A stretch of 64,000 nt of DNA from Dendrobates tinctorius (lineage: Eukaryota). The notes under the pieces were generated by a model, which did no database searches, was not told where the DNA came from, and was given only the letters and a program-made list of their open reading frames with translations. The position numbers and the translations under genes were made by a program. Position 1 is the stretch's first letter. Every line of letters starts with the position of its first letter. The stretch is taken from positions 29,822,001-29,886,000 of the forward strand of contig NW_027361754.1 of assembly GCF_039654945.1 (NCBI RefSeq), read 5' to 3'. This document shows positions 1-12,918 of this stretch, piece after piece.

Positions 1-642
1 GGGGCGCTTTTCTAAAGATGAACTTCGATGAAGCGGAGCGGTTGAATTTTCATCATACATACAACTATGGAAAGTAAAAGGAAAAAAAATCTTTACATAC
101 ATAGAATTTAAGTCCTGGACGACCCCTATAATATTGATGACCTAATCTTGGGATAGGACTACAATAACAGATCAGTGGGGGTCCGACACCCGGCATGTCA
201 TGGGGCACCTCAAGGGCTCACCTCCAGGCACGGTGTAGTGGCCATAAGTGGTATTGCAATCTCTCTTGCACTGACCTATCCTAAGCATTGGTCACGAATG
301 TTAAAGTTTCAAAACCCGTCTTTAATTTCTTCAGCACCTTAAACCAGTTTACAAAGAAAGATATTAAGCCTTTGTCACCCCATAACACAAATATCACCAT
401 TAACTCTGATCACATTCACGCACATAGGAGCTGAGCTGCAGTACCAGTAATGGCCACTATATTGCGCACAGCGCTGAGCTGTTAGGGCTCTGACCCCCAG
501 AGCCAATAACAGCTGATCGTGTGGTTGCGGGTTGTCAGACCCCCATCAATGATAATAGTCCATCGTAGGGACATGTCATAAATATTATATCTCCGGATAA
601 CCCTTTTAAACCATTTTAGATTACCATAGAATATTCACTCAC

Positions 643-805
643 TCTTGAGATTCTTCAATTGGAGACTTTTTAATCTTCTGTTCCCTGATCCGGTCTCTCT
701 TGATTGCCTTCTTCATCCTTATCAGCAGTATTATGGAGACCAAAGCAGACGGGATGAACACCAAAGAGGACAGCAAAATGGCCGTAGTGAACTTGAAGGA
801 GATAC
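643..805 (-). CDS. mpzl3: MPZL3 exon 4 (transmembrane + juxtamembrane)
   Basis: Minus strand ttccttttag|GT ATC TCC...CAA GA|gtgagt. Translates (S)[53 protein letters not shown], resembling the MPZL3 TM/KKSSIE region. Enters in phase 1, matching exon 3. Later exons were not found and probably lie left of the window. Confidence 0.88.
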
Positions 806-1793
806 CTAAAAGGAAGAATTGGGAAGATCTGAAACTTTTCCTTGGAATAATTATGATGTAACAGCAAATATATCATCTGATACCTAGCCCATATTATTGC
901 TGTCTTCTGACAGGTCATAGATATCTACAGTAGAGATTAACAGTGGGGAAAAAAAAGTCCCTTTATTGCTAGTGATGATGGAAGTCCAGTTCACAAACCA
1001 CCACAAATGTGGGTTACTTAAAAAAGTTTAAAAGAGTTTTCCAGTTTTCAAAAGTTGTCTCCTTACCCACACTGCTCCTTTGCCACCGTTCTGGTGGGGT
1101 CCACCAAGATTGGAAGTGATGACCCCTAACCTCTGAAATCACTGATTGACTGTCAGGATATCATTACTTCTGATCCCGTTGGAGAAAAAGGGAGTAGCAG
1201 CACTAGAGCAGCAGGGCTTTTGGAAGGGTAACTTTTAAAAAAGTTCTGGAAAACCCCTGTTATAAATTCTGAGGACCTAGGGACTATAAGCTCTATGGAG
1301 AAACGGGAAGTCTCTTTTCCTTGCATGAGTCACCATTAAAACTACAATTCTACATCACTGCAAAGTCCCTGTCAGGGGGAGGAGAGGAGCAGCTACTGTA
1401 GGTCATGAGTTGAAGAGGGGATGAAGCTGGGCTGCCAGGGACTTTGTAATGATATAGAATTGTAGTTATAATGATGACTTGTGCAGGGAAAAAGAGACTT
1501 ACATGATACTCAAAAACATTTTCTGGCATTTTAGGAAATTCTGCCACTCAGGTGATGACTGCCAGTTTCCAGCAACGACGACTTATAATCCAACATGCAC
1601 ATGTACCATTCACATTCATACCACTAGAGCAGAGGGGCTGGAGCCAGCACAGGATTTAAACATTCGACTATTCTTGACTTTTTTTTTCTTTTTTTTTAGA
1701 ATGTTATGCCTTTCTTCCTCCTGGGCAATTTTCTTAAATCCCCCTTACCCACCAAAAAAAAAATTATAATGATGGCCTATCGTTATTATCAGT

Positions 1794-2116
1794 CAGGGCC
1801 GGACTGGCCATCTGGCAAATGCCAGAAGGGCCGGTCTGGTCGTGGGCTGCCTTGTCTGCTACGTTGCTAACAGAATCAGTGTTCTCAAGACGCCCATACT
1901 GTTAAGAGTTGTGACAGAGCACCAAGTCGCTGACTCCGTCATTTACTCCAGCAGGCCACGGGTAATATTAGAAATATCGGTATTGTAGTAAATCTTGCTT
2001 TCCTCCATCCAGGATAATATTAGCAATATATCCCATCTGGTGCTTGGGGACGTGGACAGCATGGGCCTGTGTTATTTCAAATGCCAGGGCTGAATTTCAG
2101 CCCCAGTCCGTACCTG
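1794..2116. mobile_element. Non-autonomous hAT element (MITE)
   Basis: Termini CAGGGCCGGACTGG / CCAGTCCGTACCTG; 8-bp TSD TTATCAGT at 1786-1793 and 2117-2124. Confidence 0.85.
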
Positions 2117-2833
2117 TTATCAGTCATCAATATCAGATGGGTGGCAATCCAACACATGGAATCAGCTATGGTGTGAGGTTCTCACCACCACTTACAATAC
2201 CCTTAGGGATTGACTGACGAATATAGCCTGGAGAGGTCCCCATTTAATAAAACATAACCTTTAATCAACCATTAAAAAGACAGAAAACACAAAAAAAAAT
2301 ATAGTGCTTGTGCAAGCCAGTGCTCATTAAAAAATGATTTGGTCTCACCACTATTGACGTACATGCAATCCCGGTCTCCTTTCAGAAATACCTCGTCGGG
2401 ACACAGATCCAACCATGGGAATAAAAGATATAAAGGGAGAAAGGTATAGATATGTAATAATTTCCTAAACTCCCTGTCGTGCCTCCCTTGGGAATATCCA
2501 GCCCCTTATCATCGGGGGTGTTCACTATAGGGTCCACTTGGGGCCTGTCCTTGTTAGGACAGGAGCACTGGGGCATGACAGGGAGTTTAGGAAATTATTA
2601 CATATGTATACCTTTCTCCCTTTATATCCTTTATTTCCCTGGTTGGATCTGTGTCCCAGCGAGGTATTTCTGAAAGGAGGCCGGGATTGCATGTCCGTCA
2701 GTAGTGGTGAGACCAAGCCATTTTTTAATGAGCACTGGTTTGCACGAGCACTGTATTTTTTTGTGTGCGTTTTCTGTCTTTTTAACGGTTGATTAAAGGT
2801 TATGTTTTATTACTTGGGGACCTCTCCAGGCTA

Positions 2834-4444
<1,611 letters not shown>

Positions 4445-4811
4445 TATATTCGTCAATCCAACACATGTCACTCTCACCACCGATAAGTTGTTAGCAGGTG
4501 CCAGCTGCCATCGAAAGTAAAGAATGCACAGAGCCAGATGAGCACAGCTCCCTACACTGTGTAGTAGTCATGATCATACTTCAGCTCAGCGCTCATTGAA
4601 GTGAATATGATGTGAGCTGCAGTAAACAAGAGTAGCTGCTATGTGGGGTACAGGGCCATCATGGTTCTGAACAACCCTCGAGTCAACTATAGTATAGTAA
4701 AAATTTTGAACAAGAGTAATTTATGTGAACTGGGACAAATACAGTGAGACCTCTGCACAGATCACCCTCAACTTCTCCTCCATGGGAGTCGGCAGGACAC
4801 TTGTCTCTTAC

Positions 4812-5022
4812 TTTCTAAAGTCACTGTTAGTTTCGTCTGTGGCATGTTCCCATGGACATCAGGAGGATTTCTAACCACACAAGAGAGAGTGCCGTTATCC
4901 GTGAGTTTCAGATCCTCCAACATAATGGAAGCATCTCCTCTTCCAATGTCACCTTCCCAAGTTATTCGATCCTTGAATGGTCCTATTGACGTGGGGTATG
5001 GTTTTGACTGGTAATGCAAGAT
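4812..5022 (-). CDS. mpzl3: MPZL3 exon 3 (C-terminal half of Ig V domain)
   Basis: ttttccag|ATC TTG CAT...GAA A|gtaaga; 211 nt. [70 protein letters not shown] contains the MPZ-family DNGTxxC.V.NPPD motif. Confidence 0.92.
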
Positions 5023-5148
5023 CTGGAAAAGAAAAAGAACAGATATAATTACAAAAAATCTGGGCGTTCATGGAGATCTTTATCATCCCTAACTATTACA
5101 TTAATTAATTAGGTAGTTATTCCCAAAATCGTAAGTTTTCCCATATGT

Positions 5149-6458
5149 TGTTTTGGCGCCCGAGGCTCAGTCGCCACAGAGGTACTGCACCTCCTTCTGA
5201 GGTGTGGTATCCCACCATCCAGGTAAGGTGGAAGCTCCCAACCACACTCCAACACCTGCACCCCACACCACAAAGTAGTGTAGCAAAGCACCTTCGGCGG
5301 CTCCCTGCTTGGAGTGTAGCAAAGCACCCATTGATGGCTCCCTGCTTGGAACACGAAACGTGCTGGGAGGTGGGTGGAGCTAGATTACATTACAAAGAGC
5401 GGGAAGAGTTTAGGACAACAGTCAGAGTGAGTAGTCAGTCAGTTGATTAGAGAGCTGGAGAGAAGAAGATCCCCGGAGAGAGGGATAGATGGATGGAAGT
5501 GCTGCAGCAGATCCCAGTGACCTGGGTCTGCTGGCACGGGAAAGGAAGAGAGAAAGCACATAGACTGAAAGCCTGATTCTCCATAAGAAAGAAAGACTAG
5601 TACGGAACGTGAGGAGTAAAAGGGAACAGAGGACTTGGGTTAAAAGAGAACCCTTCCTAGAAGTTCTAAGCGCAAGGCCGGGACCCGGTCCCTGAGGTTG
5701 TATGGATACTAATGGTCCTGCAGCAGACACCGGAGGAATTGAAGTAGTGACCACTTTATTCCCACGCAAGACTTGGGGGCACAACAGCAACTGGATAGTG
5801 AGCCGGGACTTAGTAGTAAGAAGTCCCCGAAGCAGGCTACAGCTGTCTGCCGTACAAGTAGGGTTCATAAGAACATCGGACAGGAGGAACTCCAGTGTAT
5901 CTCAGTACTAGGAGTACTTCACTCAAAGGCCCTATAAGAGGAGACGTTCAGAAAAGGCACATATGTTGACAGAGTGTTGGAAAGGAGTATTCCATCTGGC
6001 CTGGAGGTTGACTGAGTCCCTGACCCGGAGGACACGGCACGGAGGCAGGCACCTGTTTGTACAACAGACTGTGAGTAAAGCTTTGGAACTACATGCCCTG
6101 GTGTCCTCCACTTATTCCTGCGCCAACCTGCCCAGCACTGCTACATCCCTTGCGCCTGACACTACACCATCTACGTGTCACTTCACCTATTTTGCCCTGG
6201 GACCTTAGCCCTGCCAGTGGAGGGCTATAACATCACTGCTGCACCACACCATCTGTCTCAGAGGATCTGTCTGCAGCATCGGCTTATATCTTCATTGCCG
6301 AACACCACAGGTGGCGTCACGACTTACACCTTGACACTGAACATTTACAATGGGCGCCCAGGGCCACGGGCTGGGTCCCAGCTACCGTGACATCTCCCAT
6401 TGAGGATCATCAGGCCCGGTACCAAGTATTCCAATGCCCTGGGTGTGAGGGCGACCCA
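5149..6458 (+). mobile_element. Probable solo LTR (Gypsy-type)
   Basis: About 1.3 kb of GC-richer non-coding DNA with TG..GGCGCCC / GGGCG..CCA inverted ends. No clean TSD, so boundaries are approximate. Confidence 0.4.
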
Positions 6459-6789
6459 TTTCAACTTACTGACCTCTGGGGGTCCGACCACTAAGACCTC
6501 CAGCAATTCTATGAACAGTGCCTCTGAAGCCCAGGAACCAGGTTTTTTTTTAATGGAGCGGAGATGCATGTTTAACTTCCGTTTCATTCATTGTCTATGG
6601 GACTTCTGGAGAAAATAAAGTACAGCTTTGCGCTATGTCCTGCAGTCTTAGCATGCACACCTTGACTCTATTCAAGATGAAGCTTTGCAGAGCCCGATTT
6701 CCCAGTTCCAGAGCCTCGTTCTCAAAATTGCAGGGGGAAGTCAAAAAGGTAGGGTAGGAATAACCTCAGGGGTCAATCTATGGTGCTAT

Positions 6790-7210
6790 GCATTTCTAGG
6801 TGCAAAAATTAAAGATGTGTCTGACAGGATATCAGGACTCTTCAGACCTACAGATGACTACCCATTCCTGCTAATACATGTGGGGACAAATGACACCGCA
6901 AGAAACGACCTGGAAACCATCTGCAGAGACTTTGAAAACAGGCAAGAAAGCGAAAGAACTGGGAGCGCAGGTGGTCTTCTCTTCCATGCTCCCAGTGGAA
7001 GGCCAAGGAGCAAGGAGGTGGTATAAGATTCTGCAGGTGAACAACTGGCTACGTCGATGGTGCCGTCAGCAACTATTTGGTTTTCTGGATCACGGAGTGA
7101 ATTACCTATACGATGGACTACTTGCTAGAGATGGGGTGCACCTTACGAAGACTGGAAAACATGTATTTGGAAGTCGCCTTGCTACACTTGTAAGGAGAGC
7201 TTTAAACTAG
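6790..7210 (+). pseudogene. CR1 ORF1 C-terminus (SGNH/GDSL esterase-like)
   Basis: LIHVGTND...GFLDHG...DGVHL motifs split across two frames. Confidence 0.8.
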
Positions 7211-7389
7211 AACAACATGGGAAGGGAAGCAAAAGATCAGAAAAAGCCATACACCTGACAAATGCTATTGAGAACTCTGCTTTTAGAAGTGGAAAGGAAG
7301 AACAAAGACAAAAGAATCTAATTAATACACATATTGGAGAAAGAGAAACCAATCAAAAACTAAAATGTTTCTATACTAATGCACAAAGC

Positions 7390-10115
7390 ATGGGCAACAA
7401 ACGAGAATTGGAACTACTAACACAGGAAAAGAAATATGATGTCATTGGAATCACTGAAACTTGGTGGGACAATACACATGATTGGAATACAAGACTAGAA
7501 GGATACAACTTATTTGCAAGAAACAGACTTGATAAACGAGGAGGAGGTGTCGCCTTGTATGTTAGAAACGCGTATATCTGCACAGAGGTTGAAGCTTCAG
7601 AGGCTGGGAGTTCTGTGGAAACTGTTTGGGTAAGAATACAAGGACAGAACAATGGAAAGGACACCATTATAGGCATTTACTACAGGCCGCCTGTGCAAGC
7701 TGAAGATATGAATGAACTCTTTATGCATCAAATGGCCAAGTTCTCCAAAAAATATGACATAGTTGTCATGGGAGATTTCAACTATCCAGACATTTGTTGG
7801 GAATCTCTCTCAGGCAAAACTAACAGGTCAAGGAAATTCTTATCCTCTCTTGCTGACAACTTTATCTTCCAAAAGGTTGGGGAGAAAACAAGGGGAACTG
7901 CTACCTTGGATCTAATCCTTATAAACAGGGAGGAAATGGTTGAGGAGGTAAAAGTGGCTGGGACCCTAGGAGGTAGTGACCATGCTATTTTAGAATTTTG
8001 GATAACTAGAGGAGGAAGACCTGTGAAGACAGACGTCAAGGTTAGATTTCAGAAAGGCAGATTTTAAGGGATTCAGAAAGAGAATTGGAGGGATCCAATG
8101 GCTGGATATCCTTAAAGACAAAAATTTCCAGGAAGGATGGGAAATCTTGAAAAATGAAATTCTCAAAGCACAATTGTTAACAATTCCGAAAAGAGGGAAG
8201 AATAGGAAGCATTTAAGGAAACCAGGATGGATGAACACAGAACTTAAGCACATGCTAAAAAGGAAGAAAAAAATGTTTATAAAATGGAAAGAGGGAGGCA
8301 TATCTAAAGAAGAATATAATGCTGTCTGCAGAACCTGCAGGGCACAAATCAGATTATTCTAAAGCTGACAATGAATTGAGGCTTGCAAGAGATGTCAAAA
8401 GCAATAATAAAGGATTTTGAGGATATGTCAAAAGTAAAAGAAAAGTCAAAGATGCTATAGGATTTTTACAGGATGAAAATGATGAAATGGTAAGACAGGA
8501 TGTTGAGAAGGCCGAACTTTTAAATTCCTATTTTGCATCTGTTTTCTCTCAAAAAGGAAATGTAACATCAACTGTTCTTCACTGTCCTATTAAGGGAATA
8601 GAAGAATCCAGGATATCTATAAACAGAAAGATAGTGAGGAAACACTTAGCTAACCTAAATGAATTCAAGTCTCTAGGTCCAGATGAATTACACCCCAGAG
8701 TACTGAAGGAGATAGCAGAAGAAATTTTTGAACCCCTCTCCATATTCTTTGAAAATTCTTGGAGAACAGGAGAAGTCCCAGAAGACTGGAGAAGAGCAAA
8801 TATTGTTCCTATCTTCAAAAAGGGGAAGGTGGACCCAGGCAACTATAGGCCGGTGAGTCTGACTTCTATACCAGGAAAGATCTTTGAACAAATTATTAAA
8901 CAACATGTATGTCAGGACCTGGATAAGAATGAAGTGATTAAACAGAGTCAGCTTGGGTTTGTAACTAATAAGTCATGTCAGACTAACTTAATTTCCTTCT
9001 ATGACGGAATCACTGATTGGGTGGATCAAGGAAATGCTGTAGATATAGTATATCTTGACTTCAGCAAAGCATTTGACAAAGTATCTCATACAATCCTTAT
9101 TGAAAAAATGACTAAGTATGGAATGGACAAGGCAACTGTTAGGTTGATTCATAACTGGCTTAGTGATCGGACCCAAAGAGTGGTCGTAAATGGCTGCACA
9201 TCCAGTTGGAAAAATGTCTCAAGTGGGGTACCACAGGGCTCTGTCCTGGGCCCTGTATTGTTCAACATCTTTATCAACGATTTAGATGAAGGAATTGAGG
9301 GTAAACTGATTAAATTTGCTGATGACACAAAGCTAGGAGGGATAGCTAATACTAGAGAAGAGAGAGAGAGGATTCAAAAAGATGTAAATAAACTGGAGCA
9401 GTGGGCAGCAACTAACAGAATGGTTTTTAACAGGGAAAAATGCAAAGTACTACATCTGGGCAATAAAAATGAAAAAAGCATATACAGAATGGGAGGATTA
9501 GGGCTAAGCAACAGCACATGTGAAAAAGACTTGGGTATACTAATAGATCACAAACTGAATATGAGTCAACAGTGTGATGCAGCAGCAAAAAAAGGAAATG
9601 CAATTCTAGGATGTATTAACAGAAGCATACACTCTAGATCACGTGAAGTCATTATTTCCCTCTACTCCTCTTTGGTCAAACCTCATCTGGAATATTGTGT
9701 CCAGTTTTGGGCACCATATTTTAAAAAAGACATCAACAAACTGGAGCAAGTTCAGAAAAGAGCGACCAGAATGGTGACCGGTCTGCAAACCCTGTCTTAT
9801 GAGGAAAGGTTGCAGGATTTGGGAATGTTTAGTTTGCAAAAGAGAAGACTGAAAGGAGACTTAATAGCTGTCTACAAATATCTAAAGGGCTGTCACATTG
9901 TAGAAGGATCATCTTTATTCTCATTTGCACAAGGAAAGACTAGAAGCAATGGGATGAAACTGAATGGGAGGAGACACAGATTAGATATTAGAAAAAACTT
10001 TTTGACAGTTAGAGTGATCAATGAGTGGAACAGGCTGCCACGAGAAGTGGTGAGTTCTCCTTCAATGGAAGTCTTCAAACAGAGGCTGGACAGACATCTG
10101 ACTGGGATGATTTAG
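7390..10115 (+). pseudogene. CR1 ORF2 (AP endonuclease + reverse transcriptase), disrupted
   Basis: APE motifs ITETW, GDFN, SDH; RT motifs NYRPVSLTS, GVPQGSVLGP, FADD. Frameshifts and stops at about 8030-8420. Confidence 0.92.
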
Positions 10116-11110
10116 CGAATCCAGCTTTGAGCAGGGGGTTGGACAAGATGGCCCAGGAGGTCCTTTCCAACTCTACGATTCTATGATTCTATGATTCATG
10201 ATAATAGTCCAGCTTTCACACACTATAAGAAGAATGCTGGCTAGCAATAGATTCCTCTATATGGGAGTACTTTTTTCATTTTGATTTTTTTTAAATTGAA
10301 GATGAATATTTAGTTAATGCCTACCTTTAGCTAATGTATACTTAGCTCCCTACTGCACTAGGGTGAAAAAATGAATATGTGTAGCTTGTGCATTCTGAAA
10401 AAGTAATATCGTTATCTCCTATGTGGCTAATCGCTACACGTTCAGAGAATAAGATGTATATCAATAGCAGCTTGCAAGGGAAAAATACCACATATTGTAT
10501 AATTTGCTAGCTGCGGAGTGCAATGATCAGGTAATGAATACCTCCTGCCAGTGATCAAAAAGCTGCTTGTATCCCAAAATAGTACCAATAAAAATGACTA
10601 CTCCATACACCGTGACCAGCTACACTAACCAAAAAAAAAAAAACAACATACATTTTCACGAATGTTTTTTTTTTCATAGGGATGGGTTTTTTCTTTTTTA
10701 GAGTTCAACTTGTGGTATAAAATACACATTATCTTTCATTTTTTGGGGCGGTAGGATTGCTGGATTACATCATTTATATTGTGGATTTTTTTAATGTATT
10801 TCTACATTTACACAATAGAAATTAAACAAAAAGACTAAAAGTTATACAATATATTATAATTCTCCAAAACGGTGCCAGTAAAAATACAATGTTTTGCAAA
10901 AAGGCAAGAATAAAGTAAAGTAAAAAAAAAAGCAGTTGTTTTGAAATAAACTAATTTAAAATAAATTAAAAAAGTTATGGTTGTAAAAAAAATGTAAGAT
11001 TGAAATTAATGGAGTCGGGAAGGAATTTTTTTCCCCAATGTGAAGCTTACTGTTTGACACGTGGGTTTTTTTTTTGCCTTCCTCTGGATCAACATGTTAG
11101 GATAGGATAT

Positions 11111-11846
11111 TGTCACGCCACCTGCTGCCGCGCTCCCCCTGCTCCTGTCATGCCGCCTGCGCCCTCCGCTTCCACTGCTCCTCCTCCCGAATACCGGCGC
11201 ACTCACCTCACCCGACGCGCTCCCGATGTGCGCGCGCGTCATCCAGCTCCTTCACTTCCGCCACTGCAGCCGGTCTTCCGTGCTCGTCGGGTGCGCCTGC
11301 GCACCAGTGACCCTGCCACTCATCTCCCACGCAGTGCTGCTGCTGCTGCTCCACCTCCTGGCTGACCCTGACCCGGACGTGCTGCCAGCAGCCCTATATC
11401 AGGTAGCCTCGCCTCCTGCCCGGTGCCTGACTATCATTTGTGTCTAGCACCTCTGATTCAGGTCCACGCATCCCTGCGTCCTTCCAGCCTTGCACTCTGT
11501 CCTGCGCTCTGTGCTCCTGTACCTCCTTGTAATCTCCCTGTGTTCCTTCCTAGTGCCAGCCTCGTCCGTTCCTGTCCTCAAGTCTTCTCCTGCAGTATCT
11601 ACCGCCACCAGTCTTATCCGTTCCTGTCCGCAAACCTTCTCCTGCTGGTCCTGCCGCAGCCCCTGTGATCTCCGCTGGTCTTCCTCCTGCTATCTGTCCC
11701 CGGGTATCAGCTTCCGCGGCGATAGTCTCCCCGGGGCTTGCCCCAGACGCTCCCTGTATAGGGGGTGGTCCACTTAGCCAGCTCGCCCCGAGGAGGTTCG
11801 TCATCGCGGTTCTGCGGGTTCACTTCTGGTTCTCCTCAGCCCTACA
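11111..11846 (+). repeat. 5' LTR
   Basis: TGTCACG...CCCTACA; direct repeat of 15622-16366. Confidence 0.95.
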
Positions 11847-11859
11847 GTATAGTCAGGCC

Positions 11860-12885
11860 ATGGACCCCGCTGGTACCCCGACCCCAACCCAAAAGGAGCT
11901 CCTATTCCTACGGGAGAATCAAGCAAGGATAATGTCCTTCCTCAAGTCCATGGAGTCCCGCTTGTCGACTCTACAGGCATCTGATCCTGGGATTGCCTTC
12001 CAGCTGGGCAGCCACCAACAGGAGCTGGCTCAGCAGCGAGACACCCTGGCCCATATATTGAACTATATGGCATCCATAGATAACCGTTTCCTTGCTCTGC
12101 AATCTGTGGCCTCGACCTCGGCCCAGGCTGCGGTCTCTCACCCGCCGCCCCGTTTGGCAAAACCCCCGCGTTATGGTGGCGATTCTAAGTCATGCAGGGG
12201 TTTTTTAAATCAATGCCAGCTCCATTTTGAGCTGCTGCCTCAACAGTACCCCACCGACCGAGCCAAGGTGGCCTTTGTCATTTCCCATTTGGAGGGTGAG
12301 GCTTTGGCCTGGGTAAACCCTCTCTGGGAGCGTGATGACCCCTTGGTCTCCCAACTCTCCATCTTTCTCGACTCTTTCCGTAAAGTGTTTGACGAGCCGG
12401 GCCGCGTAGCCTCTGCCACCGAGTCACTTTTTAGCCTGCATCAAGGCACGCTCTTCGTAGGCCAGTACGCCATTCGCTTCCGTACCCTGGCCTCCGAGCT
12501 AGGATGGAACAATGAGGCCTTGGTAGGAGCTTTTTGGCGGGGACTCTCAGGCCGATTTAAGGACGAACTGGAGGGACAGGATACTCCAACCTCTTTGGAG
12601 GATCTAATTTCCCTGGCTACCCGCATCGACTTCCAGGAGCGTTCTCGAGAGGCTGCCAGGGATAGAAGATTTCCTCGCATCCCACCAGCTACCCGCAACC
12701 CACCTCGCTCGTGCCCTGCCCTGGCTTCGGCACCGTCCGCACCTGAGCCCATGCAAGTAGACAGTCTTAAGCCGGTGGAGCAACGCCGAAAGGAGAGGCT
12801 CACTCAGGGTCTTTGCCTCTATTGTGGGAGTGCATTACACTTCCTGCGTTCCTGCCCTGAGCGTCCGGGAAACGCCTCCGCCTAG
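11860..12885 (+). CDS. Gypsy Gag (open frame, CCHC zinc knuckle)
   Basis: MDPAG...PPRYGGD..CRGFLNQC...EPMQVD...CLYCGSALHFLRSC; PEG10/RTL-like capsid. Confidence 0.85.
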   Translation: MDPAGTPTPTQKELLFLRENQARIMSFLKSMESRLSTLQASDPGIAFQLGSHQQELAQQRDTLAHILNYMASIDNRFLALQSVASTSAQAAVSHPPPRLAKPPRYGGDSKSCRGFLNQCQLHFELLPQQYPTDRAKVAFVISHLEGEALAWVNPLWERDDPLVSQLSIFLDSFRKVFDEPGRVASATESLFSLHQGTLFVGQYAIRFRTLASELGWNNEALVGAFWRGLSGRFKDELEGQDTPTSLEDLISLATRIDFQERSREAARDRRFPRIPPATRNPPRSCPALASAPSAPEPMQVDSLKPVEQRRKERLTQGLCLYCGSALHFLRSCPERPGNASA

Positions 12886-12918
12886 GACAGGTAAGAGACC
12901 TATGACTCCTCTCTACCC

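Larger units (their letters stand above)
6790..10197 (+). mobile_element. CR1 LINE, 5'-truncated, in MPZL3 intron 2 (antisense to gene)
   Basis: ORF1 esterase remnant followed by APE-RT ORF2 and a 3' tail ...TTCCAACTCTACGATTCTATGATTCTATGATTC. Confidence 0.93.
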
